In this document: piece after piece, positions 1 through 9,589 of the stretch
Position numbering within the stretch: the stretch's first letter is position 1
How the letters are laid out: each line of letters opens with the position of its first letter
DNA from: Spirochaetia bacterium
Lineage (GTDB): Bacteria; Spirochaetota; Spirochaetia; DSM-2461
Assembly: GCA_963666985.2 (NCBI GenBank)
Contig: CAXXIA010000002.1
Location: 192,001 to 256,000 of the forward strand
DNA length: 64,000 nt
Direction: 5' to 3'
Translations under genes and position numbers: made by a program
The notes under the pieces: model-generated
The model's database searches: none
What the model saw: the letters and a program-made list of their open reading frames with translations, nothing else
What the model was told of the DNA's origin: nothing

Positions 1-453
1 CACGAACGGATTCTCTTCGACGAGTATAGAAAAACTCCGCCTGTCGCCGAACGTCTTCTGATCCCCAGACCGCTGGAATTGGATGATTCGGCCCGGATGA
101 AGCTGGAACTCCGCCGAGAGAGGCTCGAAGCCATTGGTCTTGAATTCGAAATCGATTCAAAAGGACGGATTCTCCTGATTTCCCTTCCCCAGGCCGCGAG
201 AGGGATGGAGAATGAAATCGCCGAATTTTTGGAAACGGGGGCCGGCGATGCCGAAGGGATGGAGAAAGATCTCTGGGCAAATCTCTCCTGCAAAGCCGCC
301 GTTAAAGACAACAGTATTCTCGACGATACGGCGGCCTGCGTTCTTCTGGAGAAAGTCTTCGCGCTGGAGATTCCGCGCTGCCCGCACGGCCGGCCCATTT
401 GGTTTGAAATAAGCCGATCGGAACTGTTTTCCCTGGTGGGCAGAACGGTATAG
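1..453 (+). CDS. mutL: DNA mismatch repair endonuclease MutL, C-terminal part (5' truncated by window)
   Basis: Frame open from base 1 (HERILF...), then SCKAAVK and CPHGRP motifs of the MutL endonuclease domain. Confidence 0.95.
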   Translation, partial: HERILFDEYRKTPPVAERLLIPRPLELDDSARMKLELRRERLEAIGLEFEIDSKGRILLISLPQAARGMENEIAEFLETGAGDAEGMEKDLWANLSCKAAVKDNSILDDTAACVLLEKVFALEIPRCPHGRPIWFEISRSELFSLVGRTV

Positions 454-576
454 CCGGACATCCTCGCCGGCGTTACGTCCTTGGCTTATAACCCTTTCAT
501 TCACGGGGATTCCCGGGCGGATGAACGAACAGGCGGCCGGCCGACGAGGTGAAAAATCATGCGCCCCGGCGGGCGG

Positions 577-2610
577 TCAGTTCACCAGCAGCTTTAAATC
601 CGCCAGAGCGGGATAGGAGGGATCAATCCGTTCCAAATCGGAAACGGCCTTCGAAGCCCCTTCACTGTCGCCTGAAGAAAAACGCAGCCGGGCAATCCTG
701 TCGTAGGCCTCGCTCCGTTTCGAATCCAGGCGAATCACCGTTTCATAAACCTTGAGCGCCCTTTGAACATCACCGGTTTCCGTAAGAGCCAAGGCCAGGT
801 TCATCTGCAGATCCGCGTCGTTCGGCTCCGCACCGACAGCCTTTTCGAAGAACTTCAAACTGTTGGCATAGTCCTCGGTATGCAGGTACACCTTGCCGAG
901 ATTATTCCACACAACGGGAGAATTCGGTTCGATGCGCAGCGCTTCCAGAAGAGATTCCAAAGCTTTGTTATAATCGCCCGTTCCATCATAGAGAACACCG
1001 AGATTAATTCGGGGTTTGGCGTATCCCGGATCGATGGATGCCGACTGACGGTAGGAATTGACGGCCTGGTCGGTCATCCCCGCCTTCTCGGCCGCCTGGC
1101 CGAGTGTGTAGAGATAGACGGCGTTGGTTCCGTCGCTCTTCACGGCCGCCGCGGCTTTGGAAAGCGCGTCATCCGTATCGCCGAGCATCAGCGAAGTCAA
1201 AGCGAGGTTGTACAGCGTATCCCCGTGTGACGGTTCCAGTTCCAGAGCCTTGGAATACGCACTTCGGGCTTCATTATACGATTTCGCTCCGTAGTAAGCC
1301 GCGCCGAGACTGCGCCAATAGGCCGCTTTGTCCGGTGAAAGATTCGCGGCCATGGTGAATGAATCGATCGCTCCGGACCAATTTTCGTTCGCCAGATAAA
1401 TCTTTCCCAATTCGTATCGGCTGGGAGCATGATCCGGCCTGGCTTTCACACTTTCGGAGAATGCTTTCGCCGCATTCTGAACACGGGATGTTCTTAAGTA
1501 ACTTAGGCCCAGGTTGAACCAGTTTCCCTGATAATCGGGTTCGATTTTAGAGACCTTTTCGAAGGACGCCGCGGCATCGCCGTACCGTTTATCTCTGAAT
1601 TGAACCTTTCCGAGTTCATACCAAATCTGAGTCATGCCGCCGTTCAGACGGGCGGCCTTTTCAAAAGAAGCGATGGCATCGCCCAGATTTCCTTCCGCCG
1701 CCTTTATCTGGCCAAGCCGGAAATGAGCGTTCCAGTCTTCCGGATTTCTTCTGAGGGCCTCTTCATAGGCGCTTCGGGCCCGCCGTCGATTCTCACTGTT
1801 TTCCGGATCGGCCAGATACCAGGCATCGCCTTCTACGGCCCAGGCATCGCCCGAATCGGAATCGAGCTCTCTTGCCTCGGCGGCTTTTTCCCTGGCCTCC
1901 GACCAGCGTCCGGACTCAACGGCGCGATGAGCCTCTTCCAAAAGCCGTGTTAGCCGTCTCTCCCGTTCTTCGCGAGCGGCCCTCTCGGCCGCCGATTCGG
2001 CGTCTCTGCGGGCTTGTTCGGCATCTCTCTTCAAACTCCGGGCCGCCGATGAATCGGGCATGATGCGCAAGGCGTCGTTGGCCGCCTCGATCGCCTCGTC
2101 GAAACGCTGCCTTTCAAGCGCCTTTCGCCCCTTCTCCACGAGAGCTTCAACTTCCTGCTTTTGGGCCTCTTCCTGACGCCGCCGTTCGGCCTCGGCCCTT
2201 TCCCGGGCCGCTTTATCTTCCGGATTTTCTCTGTTGATGGACTCCCCCAGCTTTTCAAGGCTTTCGGCGAGTTCCTTATTTTGTTCCCTTTGGGCATCCA
2301 ATTCGGCCTGCAGGGATTTTTCCTCGGCCGCCCGTCTGGCGCTGATAACATCATCACGCAATCGGCGCGCTTCTTCATCTTGGGCATCATCTATCAAAAG
2401 ATCATTCAGAAGATCCAGCGCCATCTGGTATTCGCCCTGATCGGCGTAATCCCGGGCCAATACGAGAATATTATCCCGGCGCGACAACGATCCGTTATCC
2501 GCATCGTTCCCGCCGCCTCTCGAACGCAGTCCGAAAAAAAGCCCCAAAGAAAGAAGAATCACCAGGAGGGCCGCTCCTCCGATAACGAGGATTTTCTTAT
2601 CGATTCTCAT
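577..2610 (-). CDS. Membrane-anchored TPR repeat protein
   Basis: N-terminal hydrophobic anchor, charged coiled coil, more than 10 TPR-like 34-aa repeats (WYELG, WFNLG, WNNLG). Confidence 0.9.
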   Translation of the reverse strand: MRIDKKILVIGGAALLVILLSLGLFFGLRSRGGGNDADNGSLSRRDNILVLARDYADQGEYQMALDLLNDLLIDDAQDEEARRLRDDVISARRAAEEKSLQAELDAQREQNKELAESLEKLGESINRENPEDKAARERAEAERRRQEEAQKQEVEALVEKGRKALERQRFDEAIEAANDALRIMPDSSAARSLKRDAEQARRDAESAAERAAREERERRLTRLLEEAHRAVESGRWSEAREKAAEARELDSDSGDAWAVEGDAWYLADPENSENRRRARSAYEEALRRNPEDWNAHFRLGQIKAAEGNLGDAIASFEKAARLNGGMTQIWYELGKVQFRDKRYGDAAASFEKVSKIEPDYQGNWFNLGLSYLRTSRVQNAAKAFSESVKARPDHAPSRYELGKIYLANENWSGAIDSFTMAANLSPDKAAYWRSLGAAYYGAKSYNEARSAYSKALELEPSHGDTLYNLALTSLMLGDTDDALSKAAAAVKSDGTNAVYLYTLGQAAEKAGMTDQAVNSYRQSASIDPGYAKPRINLGVLYDGTGDYNKALESLLEALRIEPNSPVVWNNLGKVYLHTEDYANSLKFFEKAVGAEPNDADLQMNLALALTETGDVQRALKVYETVIRLDSKRSEAYDRIARLRFSSGDSEGASKAVSDLERIDPSYPALADLKLLVN

Positions 2611-3381
2611 TTAGTCCTCCAGGAGGGAATCTTCGAATTCCTTTCGAATGTCCTCCGTGCCGGCGCTCACGCTTGTCGTATCGTCTCCGCTGTCGCTCAG
2701 AGAATCAAGCACTTCCCGCATTAAAGCTTCTCTCCTGGCCTGTTCTTCGGCTTTTCGGGCTTCTTCGGCAAGACGGCGGGCTTCGGCGGAGCGCGCCGCC
2801 TCAATGTCTTCGGACAAGAGGGCGATAATTTTTTCTATCGTCTCTCTGTCCGGGGCGTTCGGCTCCATGACAAGATAATTCTCATAATCTTCCAAAGCCG
2901 CAAGATGCTTTTCGCCGACCAGTTCCAGGTTCGCGCGGTTTAACAGGGCCGAAGGCGTATAAGAACCTCCGGCGTCCACAACCCTCGTATAATCCTCCAG
3001 GGCTCCCTCAAGATTCCCCCGAACCCAGCGGAGATTTCCTCTGCGGAAAAGCAGAGAATCTTTTTGAGGACCGCTCAGAGCGATACCGCCGGTATACGCT
3101 TCTTCCGCGTCTTCAAACCGTTTTATTTCATGAAAACAGATTCCGAGATATAAAAAATATTCGTCGTTTCCAGGATCAATTTCTCCGGCTTTTCCGAAAA
3201 AAGCCGCCGCGTCGGCATTCTTTTGCCAGCGAAAAGCGTCCAGACCCTTCGCAAACCACTCGTCGGCGGTTTGCGCTCCGAGAGAAATCGGTATACAAAT
3301 AATGATGATGACTAACATTATTGATCCGAAAGTTTGTTTGACACTTCGGTTTGATGTCACTACCCTTGCATCAGCCTCCAT
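2611..3381 (-). CDS. Exported TPR repeat protein (start uncertain, possibly 3360 or 3318)
   Basis: Signal-peptide-like stretch ending LGA-Q, TPR repeats, stop abuts the next gene start. Confidence 0.8.
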   Translation of the reverse strand: MEADARVVTSNRSVKQTFGSIMLVIIIICIPISLGAQTADEWFAKGLDAFRWQKNADAAAFFGKAGEIDPGNDEYFLYLGICFHEIKRFEDAEEAYTGGIALSGPQKDSLLFRRGNLRWVRGNLEGALEDYTRVVDAGGSYTPSALLNRANLELVGEKHLAALEDYENYLVMEPNAPDRETIEKIIALLSEDIEAARSAEARRLAEEARKAEEQARREALMREVLDSLSDSGDDTTSVSAGTEDIRKEFEDSLLED

Positions 3382-3398
3382 AAAATCGGAATTGTAGT

Positions 3399-4787
3399 AT
3401 GGACACGGGAATCTTAATTTTATTCATCATTATAGCCGCCGGATTCCTCGGAGTCCTGGTTTTTTTCCTCGTTAAGAGTTTAGCCGCTCCCCGACGCATA
3501 TCCACGCTTCAGCAGCAGATGAAGCAGGGAAAAACGAGCCAGGCGATTCGAAGCGCCAAGCAGATCCTCGCGAAAGATACCCGAAACTGCGAAGCGCACT
3601 ATCTCTTGGCCCAAGCTTATCACAAAGACGGAAAACCGGAATTGGCCCTTATGGAATACAAAGCCGTCAACCAGCTCAGTGATTTTTCCGGCATCTGCAA
3701 AGAAGTTCCGTTTCGCAAGGCTATTCTCTCACTCTTTCTCCAATTCGGCCAAGATGAAGAAGCCCTGAAGGAATTGCTCCTTCTGATAAAGCTGGAACCT
3801 TACGAATCGGAACACTACTACCAGGCCGGAGTCCTTTTTGAAAAACGCAACAAAGCTGCGCAGGCATCGCAGTTCTATAAAAAGGCTCTCGAAGTCAATC
3901 CGCGGCATTCGGACAGCTGGTTCGCGTACGGATCTCTTATGTACAGAGCCAAACGGCAGCCCGAAGCCAAAGAAGCTCTGCAAAAAGCTTTGAAGCTCAA
4001 ACCGGATAATTACAAAGCCTACTTCTACCTCGGACGGATCTTCAAAGATGCCCGGGACTATAACGGTGCCCTGGGAGCCTTCGAGAACGCACAGAAAGAC
4101 GCCGATTTTAAAACCAAGTCGCTGATTGAACGGGGCTCCTGCCTTATCGCGATGAAGAATTACAGCCGGGCACAGTCGGAACTGGAACGGGTTATGAAAC
4201 TTCCCGATATCGATGATGATTCCAACGAAATCATGCATGCCCGATATTTTCTGTCGATGTGCTATGAGCATACGAGGAACATCGATAAAGCCATAGAACA
4301 GTGGGAACACCTCTACGCGAAAAAGAAAAACTTCCGGGATGTCGCCGAAAAACTCAGCCAATACCAGGAATTAAGGGGCGACGATCGAATAAAGGATTTC
4401 ATTACCGAAAGCCCTGAAAAATTCGAAAAAACCTGTCACAAACTGGTTGAGGCCATGGGCTTGTCCGTTACCGAATATTCAAGCCACTCGGAAGGATGCC
4501 AAATAACCGCGGTTGAAAAGAGTACGGGCCAATGGAGGAATACCAGAAAATTCCCAAAATTCATACGCATCACACGGATTCCGGAAACTATTGATTTACC
4601 GGTTATCCGGGATTTTCATGAAGTGATGAAAAAAGCCGGAGTAAACAGGGGATATTACATCTGCAGTTCCAATTTTACCCGTTCGGCACAGGAATTCGTG
4701 GAATCCCGTCCCATAGACCTTATCGCCAGGGATCAGCTCCAGGAACTCTTAAAAAAAGCGGAAGCACTGGGTAAAGGATCAAGTTGA
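3399..4787 (+). CDS. Membrane-anchored TPR protein with C-terminal Mrr-like restriction endonuclease fold
   Basis: N-terminal TM, TPRs, C-terminal FEKTC..RGYYICSSNFTRSAQEF..PIDLI pattern typical of Mrr_cat. Confidence 0.8.
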   Translation: MDTGILILFIIIAAGFLGVLVFFLVKSLAAPRRISTLQQQMKQGKTSQAIRSAKQILAKDTRNCEAHYLLAQAYHKDGKPELALMEYKAVNQLSDFSGICKEVPFRKAILSLFLQFGQDEEALKELLLLIKLEPYESEHYYQAGVLFEKRNKAAQASQFYKKALEVNPRHSDSWFAYGSLMYRAKRQPEAKEALQKALKLKPDNYKAYFYLGRIFKDARDYNGALGAFENAQKDADFKTKSLIERGSCLIAMKNYSRAQSELERVMKLPDIDDDSNEIMHARYFLSMCYEHTRNIDKAIEQWEHLYAKKKNFRDVAEKLSQYQELRGDDRIKDFITESPEKFEKTCHKLVEAMGLSVTEYSSHSEGCQITAVEKSTGQWRNTRKFPKFIRITRIPETIDLPVIRDFHEVMKKAGVNRGYYICSSNFTRSAQEFVESRPIDLIARDQLQELLKKAEALGKGSS

Positions 4788-6358
4788 ACTTCCTGGCGGT
4801 TGCCGATCATGTCGATCCCTTGGTATATTCCCGGAACATCAAGGAAAGGTTCGAAGGAATCGACTGCGTTTTCGGTGCCGGAGATCTTGAGCTTCCCTAT
4901 TATGAATACATCATCTCCTGCATCAACAAACCTCTTTATTTCGTCTTCGGAAACCATAATCTGAAGGGTCTTTCGTTTTTCAGACCGACATCGAATGAAG
5001 TCTCTTCCGCCGGATGGGAAACCCATCAGGCGGGTTTGGGATACGGTTCCATCTGCATCGACGGAAGAATAAAAAGAAATAAGAAACTGAACATCATCAT
5101 CGCGGGTTTGGGAGGCAGCAGAAAATACAACAACGGAAAAAACCAATTCTCCGAAACGGAAATGTTCTTCCGTATCCTCAGGCTGATTCCCGCCATGATG
5201 TGCAACCGTGTGTTCCACGGCCGGTATGTCGATGTGCTTCTAACCCACGCAACGCCTGAAGGAATCCATGACCGTGACGATCCGTGTCATAAAGGGTTTA
5301 AAGTCTTTCTATGGTTCATGAAAGTCTTCAAACCGCGTTATCTTATTCACGGACATGTTCATCTTTATGATATTAATGCCAATCGAGAGTCGTATTATGC
5401 GGAAACGACTGTGCTCAATGCTTACGATCACATCGTCGTCGATTGGGAGGAAGGAATGAAAGACAACTCCTTTGTAGTAAGCCAAGCCGAACAGGATTTT
5501 ACAAAAGCCCGGCATAAAGCCTGGATTCAATCCATGATATCCATACTCAATCCCGAAGCAGGACAATTGCTGTCGTTTCACGATATCAAAAACATTCTCA
5601 AACCGGGAAAAGAAATCTATTTGGGCATGCAGACCGTGCCCATTAAAAGCATTATAGGGAGCGAAGACCGCTATCTTGATTTCAGCCGGCACTTTTTCCC
5701 GAAAAAAGAACACCTGCGCCAGCGGTGGACAAGCATCGACAAAGCCCATTTGACCGATGTCGTTCTTCCGCCCATAAAACTCTTAAAGTTGGCCAACATG
5801 TACTTCGTCCGCGACGGGAATCACAGAGTTTCCGTCGCCCTTATGCAGGGAGCGGAGGCCATCGACGCCGAGGTAATCGAGCTGTCCTCCGAAGTGGAAG
5901 TCGCTGAAAACGCTACGCGCGAGGAAATCCTGGAAGCCGTTCTTTCATACGAACGAACCCGCGTTCTGGAACAAACGGGCCTGGATAGAATCATCCCCGT
6001 TGAAATGATCGACTTTACCGCTCCCGGGCGATGGCATGAAGTGCTTAATCACATTGAAGGCCATAAATACTTCATCAATATGGACCAAAAAGAAGAAATT
6101 TCCTTCGAAGATGCGGCACGTTCCTGGTACAACACCCTTTATGTCCCCATTATCGAAATTATTCGTTCCGAGGGTCTCCTCTCGCGTTTCCCCGGCAGAA
6201 CCGAAGCCGACCTCTACATCTGGGTTATTAAGCACTGGCACAGTCTTAAGGAAAAATACGGTCAGGAATATCCTCTCGATCAGGCCGCGCACGAATATGC
6301 GGCGGTGCATGGGAAAGGCTGGTTTACACGCTTAAAGAAGCGGCTCTTGAAGAAATAA
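4784..6358 (+). CDS. Metallophosphoesterase fused to ParB/Srx-like (DUF4032-type) domain
   Basis: Calcineurin-like motifs DH, GD, GNH, TH, GHVH; second half PPIKL..YFVRDGNHRVSVA; TTG start overlapping the upstream stop. Confidence 0.8.
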   Translation: MNFLAVADHVDPLVYSRNIKERFEGIDCVFGAGDLELPYYEYIISCINKPLYFVFGNHNLKGLSFFRPTSNEVSSAGWETHQAGLGYGSICIDGRIKRNKKLNIIIAGLGGSRKYNNGKNQFSETEMFFRILRLIPAMMCNRVFHGRYVDVLLTHATPEGIHDRDDPCHKGFKVFLWFMKVFKPRYLIHGHVHLYDINANRESYYAETTVLNAYDHIVVDWEEGMKDNSFVVSQAEQDFTKARHKAWIQSMISILNPEAGQLLSFHDIKNILKPGKEIYLGMQTVPIKSIIGSEDRYLDFSRHFFPKKEHLRQRWTSIDKAHLTDVVLPPIKLLKLANMYFVRDGNHRVSVALMQGAEAIDAEVIELSSEVEVAENATREEILEAVLSYERTRVLEQTGLDRIIPVEMIDFTAPGRWHEVLNHIEGHKYFINMDQKEEISFEDAARSWYNTLYVPIIEIIRSEGLLSRFPGRTEADLYIWVIKHWHSLKEKYGQEYPLDQAAHEYAAVHGKGWFTRLKKRLLKK

Positions 6359-6390
6359 CCATTTTACAGGGGTAAGCTCCAATCCGGCCT

Positions 6391-6537
6391 CCCGGTATTA
6401 CGTTCACAAAACGGCGGCTTGTGGGAAACATATCGTTTACTTGCGAACGCGCTTAACGGGCCGTTAATAAACCATCCGCCGACTTCAATTCGTTCCCATA
6501 TGCCGCCGTTTCGCTGTGTTGAGATTTTCGGGACACC
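6391..6537. repeat. Structured dispersed intergenic element, copy A
   Basis: Aligns by hand to 34047-34192 at 109/147 identities with one gap; outer stem AAACGGCGGC..GCCGCCGTTT; ends GGGACACC. Confidence 0.85.
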
Positions 6538-6580
6538 AAACCCTCAGCCTCAATCTCCCGCAATCATCTAATCGGAGATT

Positions 6581-7378
6581 TTACTCCGATGGACTCAAAC
6601 GGCGCGGCGGCTTCCCGGGAGAAGCGGAATCTTCCCCCGCCGGAGTCCCTTCAGCACCCCTCTCCGTGGGAAATGGCCCGATTCGAAAACCCCTCGCCGC
6701 ATTCTCATCAACCCGTGCGGCCTCGGAGCTCCCGCCGCCGGAAGAATCATCGAATCCGAACCAGAGTTCCCACCAAAGGGCCCCTGCAAAATCCGGAACA
6801 TCGCCGTCGAAGACCTCAGAGCGGCTTAAAAAAACCCTTTTCTCTCCGCGAAGAATCAGATCACCGCTTGTAAACGGACCGGTAAGGCGGATAACACCCT
6901 CATCAAGAGTAACCTCCGGCCAGTCGATGTTCTCCGGATCGGGCCTGTCGGATAAAGGCCGAAACGTTATTTCATCAGTCCGCCCGGCCAGATCGGAAAC
7001 CCGGACCGTATACAATCCGTCCGGAAGACTCATCCCCATGTGGGGAATCATCGGCGGAAGTCCCCAAAGATTCTCCTCATCGGGAGCTTGAGTCCATTCA
7101 CCGCTGCTGAACATCCATTCCAAATCGACCGACTCAATCAGTACCGTCAAAGACGCCAAATCGGCGCTGCCGTCGGGATCCGACGCCCTGAAAAAACCGT
7201 AAAGCTCCTCGTAACGGTGCTCTCCGTCGTCCCGATAGAGAATGCGCCATTTCCACTCCTCGAGAGTCGGCGCGGTTCCGCTGCAGGAAGCTGAAAAAAA
7301 AGCGATGCAGACGCAGACAAAAAAGCGGCTGATAACCGCAATGCCGATAGAACTCCGCTGCCGGAACGGCCTTTTCAT
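6581..7378 (-). CDS. Hypothetical lipoprotein
   Basis: Signal with lipobox-like SAS-C; 4-bp overlap with upstream ORF. Confidence 0.7.
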   Translation of the reverse strand: MKRPFRQRSSIGIAVISRFFVCVCIAFFSASCSGTAPTLEEWKWRILYRDDGEHRYEELYGFFRASDPDGSADLASLTVLIESVDLEWMFSSGEWTQAPDEENLWGLPPMIPHMGMSLPDGLYTVRVSDLAGRTDEITFRPLSDRPDPENIDWPEVTLDEGVIRLTGPFTSGDLILRGEKRVFLSRSEVFDGDVPDFAGALWWELWFGFDDSSGGGSSEAARVDENAARGFRIGPFPTERGAEGTPAGEDSASPGKPPRRLSPSE

Positions 7379-8709
7379 ACAACCACCCTCGCATCGCCGT
7401 CCTCGGCCCGAACAAGAGAACCCTCATCCTCCATCACCGCGAGCACCTCCAGCGTCACCGCGCGGCTGCCGCCCAGACGAGAACGCGCTTCGGCAAGGGA
7501 AAACCGGCTGCCGGACTCGGCATGACCAAGAATAACGGCCGCGGCCTCCGTATAGGCCGCTCTGGAAAGCCAAACCGCCTCGCCCCCCGCAATCAAACCC
7601 GATCGCGCAAGAGCGCCCAGAGCCTCCCTGTCCGCATCCGAAGAAGCCGCACGGATTCGAATTCCCTCAAGCCCCGCCGCCTCAATCCGTCCGAGCCATC
7701 CGCGGTGAAAAGGAGAAAGAGGCGGCTCCCCGGGCGGGAAAAACCAGCCGCCGCGCTCAACCAATTCCCCCCGGAAACACATCGAAACCGCTAAAGAAAG
7801 AACCAGATCGTCCGGATATCCCGGAAGACGTAAAACCGCCTTATCCGCCCCGCCGGGACGCCTGGCGAGCTTCCGAATTTTTCCTTCCAGAATCTTCCGC
7901 CTGTCGTCCAGAAGCACCCAATTCCCGCACCGCGCGGCATTCGGCCACTCCCGGCCGTCCAAAACCGGCGGGAGGCGGACAAATCCGAGAACATACAACA
8001 GCCGTCCGTAGATTTCGGCCGCATCGGGATGCGGATTCGGCCGCCGCATCCCCGACTTCTCCAGCCGCCGCTGCTCATCGGCCTCCGGCCTTCCCGGCCA
8101 AAGAAGCGTCAGCGGCCGAACTGTGCCGCTCTCCCCAACAGAAAAAGTATATTCGGCGCCGGGAAGCAGAGGAAAAGGATGGGGAAACCGGACCGAAATA
8201 TAAGCCCCTTCGGCCTTCAATCGGCCCCGGCCGATCAACCCCTCCAGATTAAAAGACGGATCGGGCCCGCCGCAAAAGGCCGCGGGCTCATCGGGCACAA
8301 TCCCGCCGTCGTGAAGAAACAGCGCCTCCCGCCCCTCGGCAACCGGCCATTCCCGCGGAAGGAGAACCGCACCCGCCTTTAGAAAGGAACGCGCGGCGCC
8401 CTTAATCTCCACAATCCTTCGCCCGGCCTCCTCCGAAACAACCCGAACCCGAACACTTTTATCCCCCGGAAACAGGCGCATCGGCAGCCGCGCCGCGAAG
8501 TCCCGCTCAACATCAGCATCAACGGCATCAGCATCAACCGCGTCATCCGCGCCATCAACCTCATTATCGGGGAAACCTCCGGCCGCCGGTTCACAGAGAG
8601 CCTCGACGAACTTCCCCTCACCTTTCGGCAGAACCTCCCGGATTCGATACCCCGGCGCCGACAGACCCTTGGAAACCTCACCCACGGTGCCACTCCTCAA
8701 TACTTCCAT
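7375..8709 (-). CDS. SelB C-terminal winged-helix domain protein lacking a GTPase domain (start 8709 preferred over 8895)
   Basis: C-terminus FSLAEARSRLGGSRAVTLEVLAVMEDEGSLVR..GDARV resembles the last SelB winged helix; no P-loop. Confidence 0.6.
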   Translation of the reverse strand: MEVLRSGTVGEVSKGLSAPGYRIREVLPKGEGKFVEALCEPAAGGFPDNEVDGADDAVDADAVDADVERDFAARLPMRLFPGDKSVRVRVVSEEAGRRIVEIKGAARSFLKAGAVLLPREWPVAEGREALFLHDGGIVPDEPAAFCGGPDPSFNLEGLIGRGRLKAEGAYISVRFPHPFPLLPGAEYTFSVGESGTVRPLTLLWPGRPEADEQRRLEKSGMRRPNPHPDAAEIYGRLLYVLGFVRLPPVLDGREWPNAARCGNWVLLDDRRKILEGKIRKLARRPGGADKAVLRLPGYPDDLVLSLAVSMCFRGELVERGGWFFPPGEPPLSPFHRGWLGRIEAAGLEGIRIRAASSDADREALGALARSGLIAGGEAVWLSRAAYTEAAAVILGHAESGSRFSLAEARSRLGGSRAVTLEVLAVMEDEGSLVRAEDGDARVVV

Positions 8710-9055
8710 AATAGCGGGTTTCACCGGCCTGTCCCACAGGATGAGCTCTTCGGCTTTTTTTAAGGTGATCCCGGCGGCCTGATTGCCGGAGCACTCTCCG
8801 GCCTCCCGGCCGCCTCTTCGAAGCTTCCGCGCCAAGCCCTTCGCCCTGCAGGAAGCTCCCGTCACACCGATACCGGCACCTCCTCCCCGCCGCATCGATT
8901 TTCCATACCGGAAACGAATGAATGGGAAAAAAAGATGTTAAGAGCCGTAGAAGGACTTGATTTCAAAAATCGCCGATTTTTAAAATCTTGAAATCCAAGG
9001 TGCCATCATTTATTGATATTGTTTTTAATAAGCTCGGCCGGGAATAATAAAGCAC

Positions 9056-9460
9056 ATGGAAATTAAGTCCGCGGAAAATGGAACCAAACTTATTCTCGAA
9101 GCGATCAATCGAAACGATTCCGCTGCGGATCAGCTCTCGGTACGCATCGACGGCGCGCGGTTTTCGGGAATGAAATCGGTCTACATCCATAACACGTCCT
9201 CACTTCTGGCTCCTTTCCTTAAATTCCGGAAAGCATTGGACGCATCCGATACGCATGTCCGCTGGGAAAGCATTGAAGAAGATCTGTCGGTGGAGCTGTA
9301 TCATCGTGACAGTCTCGGGCACATCTGCCTTAATGTAAGCCTCCGGGAAAACTGCGGAAATCCTCCGTGGTCGGTTTCCACCGAATTAATCCTGGAGTTG
9401 GGCCTCTTCGATTCCCTTGTTGCCGATCTCCAAGCTCTTCTCGACGGCTTAGAGACCTAA
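9056..9460 (+). CDS. Hypothetical protein (DUF6228-like)
   Basis: 134-aa ORF with WESIEEDL..DSLGHI..W motif; family assignment from memory. Confidence 0.55.
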   Translation: MEIKSAENGTKLILEAINRNDSAADQLSVRIDGARFSGMKSVYIHNTSSLLAPFLKFRKALDASDTHVRWESIEEDLSVELYHRDSLGHICLNVSLRENCGNPPWSVSTELILELGLFDSLVADLQALLDGLET

Positions 9461-9589
9461 TTTCGATTAAGAGCTTTTGATTCGCTCCCGAAAGGCCGGT
9501 TCAAAACGGCCGATTCTCAGGCCGCCTCGAAGCTTCCAATGAATCACCGTTCCCCGGCGGGGAACTTTCGCATTACAATGTGGATTGTG

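Noticed and set aside
3399..4787. Active type IV restriction or defence system
   Set aside because: Catalytic residues not evident; membrane-anchored TPR architecture in a housekeeping context
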